Below, one piece after another: positions 15,354 through 24,702 of a stretch of 32,000 bases of DNA. Each line of letters starts with the position of its first letter. Within the stretch, counting starts at the first letter, position 1. The position numbers and the translations under genes are program-made. The notes under the pieces are model-generated. The model was not told the origin of the DNA. It ran no database searches and saw only the letters and a list, made by a program, of their open reading frames with translations. The stretch spans positions 1 through 32,000 of the forward strand of contig JAJRZD010000081.1 in assembly GCA_024275415.1 (NCBI GenBank). The letters run 5' to 3'. This DNA comes from an archaeon (lineage in GTDB: Archaea; Asgardarchaeota; Thorarchaeia; Thorarchaeales; Thorarchaeaceae).

Positions 15354-17675
15354 TTACAGAACCCCCATTGTTATGAGAATCACCAGTATCATTATTCCCA
15401 GACCGAAGATGATGACAGAAACATAGTCATTGATGCGTCCTGTCTGAACGGCTTGACCTGATTCTGAGGCGCCAACACTATGGGTTGATACACCTTCCGC
15501 GAAGCCATCAACGATATGGTCATCAAACCAGCGGACACGCCGCGAGATTTCCTTGGCAGTATCAGCAGACTTGAAGTCAATCCCGTCAATTATCTTGTTA
15601 TCAACCCGGACACGCCACCACTCGGCAGAGTTCAGGTACTTGTTGAGGATCCAGTAATAGAACTCGTTGATATACCACCTGTGTCGCAGGAAATTGTAGA
15701 CCTTGCGCCGTATCCCAGTTTCAGGAACGAATGTGTTGGGCCTGTCAGCATTCTTAATGTAAATGATGTAACCAGGTATGCCACCAAGTGCAAGAGCACC
15801 CAGTGTGATCATGAACGGGACGATGCCAGCCTCACTGAACTTTACAAAAATCATCTCTTGCAAGATGACACCCCATTCTTCCTCAGTCCTGAGAAGGAAG
15901 TTCTGGATGAATGGGAAGACTAGAAATGCGATGATAGTGAACGCCGCCAAAAGATACAGGGGAACCATCATGGCTGGACCCGGATCATGTGGCGTCGAGT
16001 GATGCTCCTCTTCCTCATGTCCTTTGGAGTGATCATCTTCATCAGACCCATCATGATGACCAGACTCGTGACTTTCATGTTCAGTCTTCTCAGGACCATA
16101 GAAGGTCAGTCCCATCAATCTGAAGCTATAGAAGATCGTACATGCAGCTGCGAGAACCGAGAAAAGGAACACTAACCATCCAACAGATATGAACAATGTT
16201 CCTCCGTGAGAGGTAATCTCTTGTTCGACGATCATCAATTCATACGAGTATTCGATGATTGAATCCTTTGACCAGAACCCTGAGAATGGAGGTATCCCAG
16301 CAAGCGCAAGAATGCCAATCCACATGACAGCAAACGTCTTTTTCATGTGCTTTTTCAGACCACCCATTTTCGACACGTACTTCGTGTGGATAGCATGGAT
16401 GACCCCACCAGAAGCAAGAAAGAGAAGTGCCTTGAACGCACCATGTGAAATGATATGCAAGATACTTGATAGATATGCCTTGTCATATGCGATATGAAGC
16501 TCGGTCAGATTCAAGACTTCATGAGCATAAATCCCGTAAAACGCAAGCAGCCCTGCGGCGCCAAGTCCCAACATCATGTAACCTAGTTGACTCAGGGTCG
16601 AGAACGCCAGGATCTGCTTTAGCTCGTTCGAGGCGATACCCATAGTTGCAGTCAGCAAAGCTGTGACCGCACCAATAACAGCTACAACGATGAAGAAGAA
16701 TGTGATCACATCTGCCCCGGAAAGCTGTAGAAGGGATAGTCCGTGCTCTCCACCACCGCCATCTCCTGCTGAAACAGCTTGAGCACTGACTATGGTCAGA
16801 AGGAATCGTGCAGTGATGTAGATACCAGCCTTGACCATCGTTGCTGCGTGGATGAGGGCTGAAACTGAGGTTGGACCAGCCATTGCTTCTGGTAGCCATA
16901 CTTGCAAGGGGGCTTGTCCGGACTTGCCAATCGCTCCCATGAAGATGAGGAGGAATGTAGGAACAAGCATTCCAATCCCAGCCATGACACCCCACCAGTT
17001 TTGAAAGTTCTCGGACATAAGGCTGAAAGAGAAAGTACCTGTGAATGTGAAGAGCAAGAGGATTCCGCCAAGCATGAAAGCATCACCAATCCTTGTGACG
17101 ATGAATGCTTTCGTACCAGAATGCGTGTTGTATTGCCCCTCTGTTTCGAACTGGAGAAGAGGGTTCTTGTATTCTATTGGGTCAGGCTCGACCTCCGGTG
17201 GATTACGCTTGTCATTCCAGAAACCGATGAGTCCATAGGAGCAGAAGCCCATTATCTCCCAGCCGATGAATGCAATGAGAAGGTTATTGCTCAGCACAAG
17301 TGTAAGCATTCCTCCACCAAATGCAAGCATGAGGAAGAAGAATCTGTCGCGGTCCTCTTCATGCGCCATGTATTCGGTGGAGTAGACATAGATGAGAAAA
17401 CTCAGTGTGCTGGCAAGTACTGCCATAATAATGGAAAGAGGGTCAAGGAGCATCTCAAAGTTGATGCCAAGATATTCAATCCAGACCCACGAAGTAGTGC
17501 CAGTAGGATTGTCTGCTTCAGCAAGGAGTGACCAGGATAGTACCATAGTGATTCCCATGATAATCGCAGGAGTCCAGTCTCTGAGCTTCTCACTGAATTT
17601 TCCAACCACTGGAACTAGTAAGGAACCGGCAAGAGGGAGCACCAAGATGAGATAGTAGGGTAAGCCAAATATCAT
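15354..17675 (-). CDS. nuoL: Complex I-like antiporter subunit L with an extended lateral helix
   Basis: GWEIMG, TRIGD, GKSGQAPLQVWLPEAMAGPTSVSALIHAATMVKAG, FSTLSQLGYM, HGAFKALLFL, FWSKD, and C-terminal QTG..DY with a final TM helix; 773 aa. Confidence 0.95.
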   Translation of the reverse strand: MIFGLPYYLILVLPLAGSLLVPVVGKFSEKLRDWTPAIIMGITMVLSWSLLAEADNPTGTTSWVWIEYLGINFEMLLDPLSIIMAVLASTLSFLIYVYSTEYMAHEEDRDRFFFLMLAFGGGMLTLVLSNNLLIAFIGWEIMGFCSYGLIGFWNDKRNPPEVEPDPIEYKNPLLQFETEGQYNTHSGTKAFIVTRIGDAFMLGGILLLFTFTGTFSFSLMSENFQNWWGVMAGIGMLVPTFLLIFMGAIGKSGQAPLQVWLPEAMAGPTSVSALIHAATMVKAGIYITARFLLTIVSAQAVSAGDGGGGEHGLSLLQLSGADVITFFFIVVAVIGAVTALLTATMGIASNELKQILAFSTLSQLGYMMLGLGAAGLLAFYGIYAHEVLNLTELHIAYDKAYLSSILHIISHGAFKALLFLASGGVIHAIHTKYVSKMGGLKKHMKKTFAVMWIGILALAGIPPFSGFWSKDSIIEYSYELMIVEQEITSHGGTLFISVGWLVFLFSVLAAACTIFYSFRLMGLTFYGPEKTEHESHESGHHDGSDEDDHSKGHEEEEHHSTPHDPGPAMMVPLYLLAAFTIIAFLVFPFIQNFLLRTEEEWGVILQEMIFVKFSEAGIVPFMITLGALALGGIPGYIIYIKNADRPNTFVPETGIRRKVYNFLRHRWYINEFYYWILNKYLNSAEWWRVRVDNKIIDGIDFKSADTAKEISRRVRWFDDHIVDGFAEGVSTHSVGASESGQAVQTGRINDYVSVIIFGLGIMILVILITMGVL

Positions 17676-17687
17676 TTCATGATCACC

Positions 17688-19241
17688 TCATGGAGTTGGG
17701 GCTTGGAATGGTATGATGTTCGCAATTTCACTGACAACCGGCACAATGACATCTAGTGCAACACCCGGGAATATCCCAAAGAATACGATAAGGAATCCCA
17801 GAATGATCATCGGGACTGTCATGGAACGCGGCCCTTCGACAACATCCGCAAGTTCTTGAGGGTGCGGGCCTAAGAATACCTTCCATAGGAATCTGAGCAT
17901 GTAGCCTGCACTCAATATCGAACTTAGTACAGCCAGTATACTGAGACCCAGCATCAATGGCTGCACAATGGCTTCACTTCCTGGAGGTGCGGCAGCATGG
18001 AACCCTCCAACGAACATCATCCACTCACTCGCAAATCCAGACAGCGGTGGACTACCTGCAATGCTCATCGCACCGATTGCAGCCATGAATGCCGTAATGG
18101 GCATCTTGTTAGAAAGGCCTCCCATCTCGTCGATGTTACGTAGTCCGGTCTGGTGCATCACTGCTCCAGCAGTCATGAATAGCAAGCCCTTTGAGAATGC
18201 GTGGTTTATTAGATGGAAGAGACCTCCTGATACGCCATAGACCGAGAAGACACCCAGAGCAAAAAGGACATAGCCCATCTGGCTCACAGATGAATACGCA
18301 AGCAATCTCTTGATGTCTTTCTGAACGAGTGCCATGAACCCACCGTAGAACATGGTAATTACACCAATCGCAGCAACATATACCGAAAGGTCAAATGCGG
18401 CAGAACCGAGGGTAATGGTGCCGAACCGTACGAGCGCATATGCGCCAGTTTCAATCATAGCACCTGACAGGAGGACCGAAATGGGCGTAGGAGCCTCAGC
18501 ATGAACGGGAGGGAGCCACCAGTGAATCGGGAACACAGCTAGCTTCACCAGAAATCCTGCAGCGAGTAAGATGAATATGATCTTCAATAGCTCCGATGCA
18601 CCGACATATGACGCAATCATTCCTTGGATGACTGCCAGCTCGAATGTCGTGGCGCCACTGAGGAAATAGAGAAGACCGAAGCCGATAAGGATACAGACAG
18701 CTCCACTCTGAGTGTATAACCAGAACTTGAGAGCGGTTCGTTTCCGGGTTTCAGGAAGTCCCCAGAACAGAATCAGGAAGTAAGAGGGCACCAGCATGAG
18801 TTCCCATGCGATGAAGAACTCGATGAGGTTTGTCGCAAGGGTGACCCATTGCATACCCATAATGAAAAAGAGCTGGTTTGCAAAGAACGTCGGGCGACTG
18901 TGCTCGTGGGATGTATAACCCACTGCATAAACAACTGAAAGGAATCCCAGAATGACTACTGCAAAAGTGATTGGGAACGCGATCCCATCGAGCCTGAGAC
19001 CGAATGCCCCTAAGATGTCGGACCATGCAAGGGTCTCTTGAGCAATGTTATACAAGCGCTCTTCGAACATGACACGGTAGAACGGAGGTAGCATCAGAAC
19101 TACTGCGAGCCCCGATACCAACGCAGCAATCTTTCCTGCGCTTTTTTCCAGCCTGCCTCTCATAAGGTAGATGGCAAGAGCTCCAATAAAGAGCACAGCG
19201 AGAGATGTGCCCATGAATGGAAATTCAAACGCAGTCTGCAT
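17688..19241 (-). CDS. nuoM: Second NuoM-like antiporter subunit (M')
   Basis: AWELMLVPSYFLI, VKLAVFPIHWWLPPVHAEAPTPISVLLSG, KRLLAYSSVSQMGY and GFASEW motifs. An MrpD/HyfF-type origin is not excluded. Confidence 0.75.
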   Translation of the reverse strand: MQTAFEFPFMGTSLAVLFIGALAIYLMRGRLEKSAGKIAALVSGLAVVLMLPPFYRVMFEERLYNIAQETLAWSDILGAFGLRLDGIAFPITFAVVILGFLSVVYAVGYTSHEHSRPTFFANQLFFIMGMQWVTLATNLIEFFIAWELMLVPSYFLILFWGLPETRKRTALKFWLYTQSGAVCILIGFGLLYFLSGATTFELAVIQGMIASYVGASELLKIIFILLAAGFLVKLAVFPIHWWLPPVHAEAPTPISVLLSGAMIETGAYALVRFGTITLGSAAFDLSVYVAAIGVITMFYGGFMALVQKDIKRLLAYSSVSQMGYVLFALGVFSVYGVSGGLFHLINHAFSKGLLFMTAGAVMHQTGLRNIDEMGGLSNKMPITAFMAAIGAMSIAGSPPLSGFASEWMMFVGGFHAAAPPGSEAIVQPLMLGLSILAVLSSILSAGYMLRFLWKVFLGPHPQELADVVEGPRSMTVPMIILGFLIVFFGIFPGVALDVIVPVVSEIANIIPFQAPTP

Positions 19242-19673
19242 CTAACGAAACCTCCTTCCTCTCCACTCCAAAGGCTCTCTGTCGAGCGTTGTAATCTTTT
19301 CAGGGCCATAGATCAGGTCTTCTCGCTCTCCCTCTGCCATATCGACAATTGGAGTGTGGTAGAGGGCATCGAACCTGCAAGCGTCCACACAGAGCCCACA
19401 GAATATACAGCGGGTATAGTCAAAGTAGAGTGCAGCATCCTTCTCGTACATCTTATCTGCCTTGTCAATTCGGATGGCAAGAACTGGACAGGCACGCACA
19501 CATTGAGCACAAGCTGTACAATTCTGACGGACATGTATGTGTCGCCCGCGAGTACGTTCAGGGTAGGGTCTATCCTCGAAGGGGTAGAGGCTAGTAAACG
19601 GTCTCTTGAAGATTTGTCGGAAGATATGCTTCAGTATGGTAAAGACTTCGCCAAGATTTCTAAGGAATCCCAT
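19242..19673 (-). CDS. nuoI: Complex I-like 2x[4Fe-4S] subunit I
   Basis: CTACAQCVRACP and CIFCGLCVDAC; also T.LYPFE and R.RGRH. Confidence 0.93.
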   Translation of the reverse strand: MGFLRNLGEVFTILKHIFRQIFKRPFTSLYPFEDRPYPERTRGRHIHVRQNCTACAQCVRACPVLAIRIDKADKMYEKDAALYFDYTRCIFCGLCVDACRFDALYHTPIVDMAEGEREDLIYGPEKITTLDREPLEWRGRRFR

Positions 19674-19679
19674 CTCATT

Positions 19680-20822
19680 CTAACCTCCCACAAGCAAAAG
19701 TGCCAGTCCAGGCACATAGACAATGGCAAGCATTGCTATTATGACATTCAACATTGATAACGGCAGCAGGTACTTCCAGCAGTATCTCACAATTTGATCC
19801 TGCCTGAGCCTGTGAAACGATGAGCTCACTGTCACAAAGACAAAGAGCATGATCAAGAACTTGATGATGAAGTTCACTGCCCCAGGTAGCCATGGAACCC
19901 CATAGAAGCCTCCAAAGAAGAAGGTCACCATGAGGGCTGAATAGAGCATCTGCTCAGCAAACTCCGCAAAATAGGTAAGTGTGAAATAGACTCCTGAGAA
20001 TTCCGTGCGCCACCCAAAGATGATCTCAGAATCTGCAACAGGAGCATCGAATGGGAACACACCTACAGAGATTATAGATGCAGTCAAGAACGTCGCGAAG
20101 TTGATTGGTAGCAGAAAGATGAACCAGACCGAACTTTGAGCTAGGGCAATACCCATGATGCTGAGAGACCCAGCCAGCATAGCAGGACCCACTGACGACA
20201 TGATCATCGGAATTTCAGCGGCAAATTGATTGTTAGCAGCCCTGAATCCTCCAATAAGTGAGTATTTGGATCCACTTATCCATCCGGCAAGCAAAGCTAT
20301 CACAGGTACTGCTGCAAGGAATGCGAATACGAGCACCAGACTGACAGATAGATCTGCAATGAACCAGACCGTGTCCCAAGGAATGAAAGCGAATGGAACC
20401 AACACCACCACTAAGAGCAGAGATGGCAAGAACCGGTATGCCCACCGATGCGCTTTGTCTGGAATGATGATCTCCTTGGATATCAACTTGATCGCATCAG
20501 CAAAAAGCTGGACTCCACCGTACTTGCCCATGTGCATCGGGCCCCGACGCATCTGGATACGTCCCCAGAGCTTTCGTGTGAACCAGACAAAAAAGATGAG
20601 CCCCATCACAACGAAGATGAGCCCTGGAAATATGACAGCTTTGAACAAGAAGAAGATATTGTCGATGACAAGCGTCCATAGAAGATTGATCACGACCCAT
20701 AGCCAATCATATATCCCATAGATGATTCCTCTAATCACCTCGATGATATTGAATACCCATTGTGGGAGTCCCCTTAGCCAATCTACGAACCATTCGAATT
20801 GCAAGACTGCGCCTCCTGTCAT
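19680..20822 (-). CDS. nuoH: Complex I-like membrane subunit H
   Basis: RKLWGRIQMRRGP, ADAIKLISKE, PFDAPVADSEIIFG, TEFSG and RLRQDQ motifs. Start placed at ATG 20822, overlapping the nuoD stop as TAATG (ORF track 20837). Confidence 0.93.
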   Translation of the reverse strand: MTGGAVLQFEWFVDWLRGLPQWVFNIIEVIRGIIYGIYDWLWVVINLLWTLVIDNIFFLFKAVIFPGLIFVVMGLIFFVWFTRKLWGRIQMRRGPMHMGKYGGVQLFADAIKLISKEIIIPDKAHRWAYRFLPSLLLVVVLVPFAFIPWDTVWFIADLSVSLVLVFAFLAAVPVIALLAGWISGSKYSLIGGFRAANNQFAAEIPMIMSSVGPAMLAGSLSIMGIALAQSSVWFIFLLPINFATFLTASIISVGVFPFDAPVADSEIIFGWRTEFSGVYFTLTYFAEFAEQMLYSALMVTFFFGGFYGVPWLPGAVNFIIKFLIMLFVFVTVSSSFHRLRQDQIVRYCWKYLLPLSMLNVIIAMLAIVYVPGLALLLVGG

Positions 20823-21958
20823 TATCTGTCCCACCACCCCGGATACGGGTCTAGACTTCCGAATATCACAATGAAGTCAGCAAACCTCGCACTTGGAACC
20901 AAGTGCTTCAATGCATAATATGAATGGAAACACGGCCCACGGATCTTGGCTCGATAAGGAGTCTGCGCCTTTTCCAATGTCTTTAACCAAAGCGAAGTGA
21001 TGCCTCTTGCGCCCTCGACTCGGCCATATGCCTCTCCTTCTGGCAAGCGGTTAGCCTTGGCGCGTGCCTTGGGGTCAATAATCGGACCATCGGGAATCTG
21101 TGGAATAAGCTGTTTAATTATGTCCACTGAGGTCTTCACTTCGTTGAATCGCTGAACCATCCTGTCATAGGCATCACTCTCTCCTGGGTGGTCGGGGTGC
21201 TCTAGGATCGGAACCTCCCAGTCCACCATATCATATGCCAGATTCGGATCCGGCTGATCCTTTCTCAAATCCATTGGGATGCCACATGCCTTGATGTTGG
21301 GTCCTGAAAGACCCCAGCGCAAAGCCTCTTTAGCCGAATATTGTCCTACGCCTTCAGTACGCATCCTGAAAAGTGGGCTTTTCATCAACATATCCTCGAA
21401 TTTTGGCATGTTATATTCTAGCACTTGAATGGCTTTCTCCAGTTTTGCCAGAACTTTCTCAGTAAAGTCGAATCGTAATCCTCCAGGAGTGCTAAAATGC
21501 GGCGAGTGTCGCACACCTGTGAGTTCCTCGAAGGTATCCAGAAAGAACTCCCTGTCAACCCAGGGCCAGAGTGTCATCGCAAAGAATCCCATTTCAGCAG
21601 ACAGCTGTCCCCACCAGAATTGATAGGAATGTATCCTGCTGGCCTCCATCATGATCGTCCGGAGCACCTTTGCTCGTTCAGGTACTACTAACCCGGCGAT
21701 CTGCTCTACAGCGCTGATATATGGGTACTCCGCAAGGAAAGCTTCGAGCATACATAATCGCTCAAGGATTGGTGAACCCTGTCGAAAGTTACGATACTCG
21801 AGGCATTTCTCTGCAGACCTGTGAAAATACCCGGCATGAGGATCACACTCCACTATGAAGTCGCCTACAAGTTTCAACTTGGTGGCCCAGCCATGGGCAG
21901 ATACGTGCTGAGGTCCAAACCAGACCTCCACTGTTTCATCAAGGATGTCAGGTGTCAT
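20822..21958 (-). CDS. nuoD: Complex I-like subunit D (no NiFe site)
   Basis: GPQHVSAHG, GYFHRSAEK, GEAYGRVEGARG and PYRAKIRGP motifs, ending DPYPGWWDR. No RxCxxC/DPCxxC pairs. Confidence 0.92.
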   Translation of the reverse strand: MTPDILDETVEVWFGPQHVSAHGWATKLKLVGDFIVECDPHAGYFHRSAEKCLEYRNFRQGSPILERLCMLEAFLAEYPYISAVEQIAGLVVPERAKVLRTIMMEASRIHSYQFWWGQLSAEMGFFAMTLWPWVDREFFLDTFEELTGVRHSPHFSTPGGLRFDFTEKVLAKLEKAIQVLEYNMPKFEDMLMKSPLFRMRTEGVGQYSAKEALRWGLSGPNIKACGIPMDLRKDQPDPNLAYDMVDWEVPILEHPDHPGESDAYDRMVQRFNEVKTSVDIIKQLIPQIPDGPIIDPKARAKANRLPEGEAYGRVEGARGITSLWLKTLEKAQTPYRAKIRGPCFHSYYALKHLVPSARFADFIVIFGSLDPYPGWWDR

Positions 21959-22461
21959 TTCTTAGCACCTCCTTCAGGTCTGGGTTTCCTGACTGGAAGA
22001 CCGGTTTCTGCTTGTCTGCTGCGGTCGGTCTGGAAGCTCTTACGCATCGGGTATTTGCCTACGAGCTCGTCCGGTAAAAGAAGCGGACGCAGGTCAGGAT
22101 GACCCGTGAACATAATTCCGAACATCTCGTGTGTTTCACGTTCGTGCCATTCTAAACCAGAAAAGATGTCACAGCATGCTGGGAGTGAAGGGTTCGAGCC
22201 CTCCAAGTTCACCTTGAGTTGGATGATCATCCGGTCTTTGTGCGACCAGAACATGTAGTTGACCTGGTACTTGTCATCACCCAGATCAACACCGAACGCG
22301 GATTCGGGAATAACCTCTGGGAAAGTTTCATCGACCAAAGTGATGACATCGCGAATTATGTCCTTGCCCACTGTGAACTCGATGTGATGTTCGTTTATCG
22401 TCTTGACATCTATGTCAGGAAATTTGGTGGTGAATGTCCGCACAATCCCTGCTGCATCCAT
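21955..22461 (-). CDS. nuoC: Complex I-like subunit C
   Basis: WHERETHEMFGIMFTGHPDLRPLLLP and YPMRK motifs; overlaps the nuoD start by 4 nt. Confidence 0.93.
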   Translation of the reverse strand: MDAAGIVRTFTTKFPDIDVKTINEHHIEFTVGKDIIRDVITLVDETFPEVIPESAFGVDLGDDKYQVNYMFWSHKDRMIIQLKVNLEGSNPSLPACCDIFSGLEWHERETHEMFGIMFTGHPDLRPLLLPDELVGKYPMRKSFQTDRSRQAETGLPVRKPRPEGGAKK

Positions 22462-22462
22462 C

Positions 22463-22774
22463 TCATTTCACCTCTGCTTGTACTGGACTGCCAAGATCCA
22501 CATGTCCGTACCTGCGGTTGTACAATAGCATAAGAACCAAAGCAAGGGCTGTGTGTGCAGCTGCTATTGCGATCACTAGGATGACAAGTCCTTGAGGAGT
22601 GTAGGAGAAGACTCCGCCGTAGACTGCAAAAGCTACAAGGGCGATGTTCACACCATTCCCCATTATCTCAGCCCCGATAAGGATACGAATCAGGTTCCTT
22701 TTCACTATCATGCCATAAGCACCTAGACCGATGAGCATGAATGCCACAACCAGATACCAACTCAGTGGAACCAT
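22463..22774 (-). CDS. nuoK: Complex I-like subunit K
   Basis: KRNLIRILIGAEIMGNGVN and AIAAAH; 3 TM helices. Confidence 0.9.
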   Translation of the reverse strand: MVPLSWYLVVAFMLIGLGAYGMIVKRNLIRILIGAEIMGNGVNIALVAFAVYGGVFSYTPQGLVILVIAIAAAHTALALVLMLLYNRRYGHVDLGSPVQAEVK

Positions 22775-23394
22775 CAGTTCGTTGCCTCCTCTGTCTTCTC
22801 ATCATCGGGCATTGGGGCCGCCTCGACTCCGAACTCGGCTGTGATGTCCTTCAAGGTCTCTGCCTTTTCCATCTTCATCAGAGCGAGTGTCCCAACCAGT
22901 GTAGTAAGGATGATCAAAGCAATAATTTGAACGTAGAGCCCGTGGGATTGCCAGAGCCATTCCGCCAGTCCTTGTAGACTCTGGGCATATTCCGGCATTC
23001 CTTGAGGGATGTCTGTTGACCATGGAAATACCAAAGCAAGCCCTCCAGACATTGCCATGACGAAAGCAGAAAGAAGCAGCCCTATTTTCCGTGCACGCGG
23101 CGAGGGAAGCACTTCCAGTGTCCGATCCTGTGCTCTGGGAAGAAGCAACACTCCAAATATGATCAATGCACTGATACCACCAGTGTATACCGCTATCTGC
23201 ATCCCTGCTATGAAAGGCGCTTCAAGTAATAGGAAAAGTCCTGCAACGAAGCTTGCCATGACGCCAAAGAAGAAAGCAGCATATACTATGTCCTTGTGCT
23301 CAAGGGCCAGATATCCAAATACCAAGATAATGCCAGCCAATAGGAGGAATTCGACTTGCTCGAATAGCTGCAGGAGTGGGTCTAGTTCTTGCAT
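22774..23394 (-). CDS. nuoJ: Complex I-like subunit J
   Basis: LLEAPFIAGMQIAVYTGGISALIIFGVLL; 5 TM helices. Confidence 0.9.
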   Translation of the reverse strand: MQELDPLLQLFEQVEFLLLAGIILVFGYLALEHKDIVYAAFFFGVMASFVAGLFLLLEAPFIAGMQIAVYTGGISALIIFGVLLLPRAQDRTLEVLPSPRARKIGLLLSAFVMAMSGGLALVFPWSTDIPQGMPEYAQSLQGLAEWLWQSHGLYVQIIALIILTTLVGTLALMKMEKAETLKDITAEFGVEAAPMPDDEKTEEATN

Positions 23395-23405
23395 CTCATT
23401 TCACC

Positions 23406-23837
23406 TCAATGCATGTGCTTAGTTTTCTGGGCTTTCTTGGCTTCATGATAGAGTTCCAGTGTTTCTTTCCCGTCCAGTGCTGCCTGCGGCAGAATCCTCA
23501 TTGAAAAGCTGATGGCTCCCATGATGAGAGCAATGAAGATCAGTGCCTGCCAGAGAATAAGTGCCTCTAGCCTTAGGGTCGAGGCAGAGAGAAGCCAGAG
23601 AAAGGCGCCCATCACGTCGATCACCACGAACAATATCGTATAGACGATGTAGTTGTAAGGGTAGGAAATACGGGCAGGGCCGATTGGATCCTCACCACAT
23701 TCGTACGGGGATGTCTTTGAAGAGTTCTGAAGGACATGCGGTCGTAACACCCAAGAAGCCAGAAGCATCACAATGACAAGAACCACAGCCAGAAGGGCCC
23801 ACACAACTACAGGAATAAAATCCACAAATAGCCTCAT
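23406..23837 (-). CDS. nuoA: Complex I-like subunit A
   Basis: KTSPYECGEDP and FVVIDV motifs; 3 TM helices. Start placed at ATG 23837 after GAGGAGG (ORF track 23879). Confidence 0.92.
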   Translation of the reverse strand: MRLFVDFIPVVVWALLAVVLVIVMLLASWVLRPHVLQNSSKTSPYECGEDPIGPARISYPYNYIVYTILFVVIDVMGAFLWLLSASTLRLEALILWQALIFIALIMGAISFSMRILPQAALDGKETLELYHEAKKAQKTKHMH

Positions 23838-23921
23838 AATCCAGATTCCTCCTCGCTCAGATGAAGGGGTTGATAGCATCTGCGAATAACCTTGGCAATC
23901 CTAGACAGTTTGGAATAGGTG

Positions 23922-23930
23922 CTTATATAC
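23922..23930 (-). promoter_or_regulatory. Putative TATA box of the nuo operon
   Basis: GTATATAAGC on the minus strand, about 85-90 nt upstream of the nuoA ATG. The orientation is ambiguous because the plus strand reads TTATATA. Confidence 0.35.
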
Positions 23931-24330
23931 GACTGGACAGGACTATGACACAAGGTCGAACGACACGCGATGCTGACCACACAGAATCGTTCCCAGTGCC
24001 GTTTCTGGGAGGACAAAACTCTGGTGTCCGGATTTGCCCCGATTACAATTAACGGTAGGTAACTCATCGCTTGACCAGTGAAATCAATGATCGACGTTTG
24101 AAGCATTATTAGTCCTTCTCTTAATGTTTCCATGTGATCGATTGCGAGCGACAGGAATAGTAACCAAATGATAAACTTCTCGTTCATCTTTGGAACAAGC
24201 CCTGTAGCTTGAGAATGGCGACATGCACTGCCCTATTAAAAACTCTTCGCAGGACGGGGTCTTTCTCGGAGAAGTTAAATATCCCAGTTATTCCTTACAG
24301 GCTTGGTTCAAAACCGTTAGGAGAAAGATA

Positions 24331-24681
24331 ATGTTGAATCGAGACGAAGGAGGTTTCTTCTACTATGTTGCCCTACTGGCTGGAATGTTTCTCATCGGCA
24401 CGTACCTATGGCATATCCTAGTCACACCTACTGGATATCAAGGATTCCATTTCATCATGTATGCCACTGGGTTCCTGTTACCTGTTTCAGCATTTGGATT
24501 TGCATTCGCAAAAGCAAGAACTTCGCGGGTGGGGTTAACTGTCATCACAGGGGTAATTGCAGGCATTCATTTCTTCTTAGAAATCACACTATTTGGGTCA
24601 TTCGTGGGTGTGATACTGTTCGCGTGGATGTCGTTTGGCTTACTCCTCGCTTTTGCAGCTTTCAGTTGGTTGCTTGAGTGA
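24331..24681 (+). CDS. Hypothetical 4-TM membrane protein
   Basis: Four hydrophobic segments. Start placed at ATG 24331 after AGGAG (ORF track 24223). Confidence 0.7.
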   Translation: MLNRDEGGFFYYVALLAGMFLIGTYLWHILVTPTGYQGFHFIMYATGFLLPVSAFGFAFAKARTSRVGLTVITGVIAGIHFFLEITLFGSFVGVILFAWMSFGLLLAFAAFSWLLE

Positions 24682-24702
24682 AACTGGGCGACATGCTCAG
24701 TT

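Noticed and set aside
15983-16085. His/acid-rich loop in NuoL as a novel metal-binding module
   Set aside because: His-rich loops at this position are common in NuoL/MrpA proteins.
20822-21958. Group 4 [NiFe]-hydrogenase large subunit
   Set aside because: Only one of the four Ni-ligating Cys positions is present (ERLCM; C-terminal DPYPGW).
23834-24187. 117-aa minus-strand ORF upstream of nuoA as a nuoB remnant or real gene
   Set aside because: No recognisable motifs or Cys pattern, and it overlaps the nuoA start and probable promoter.
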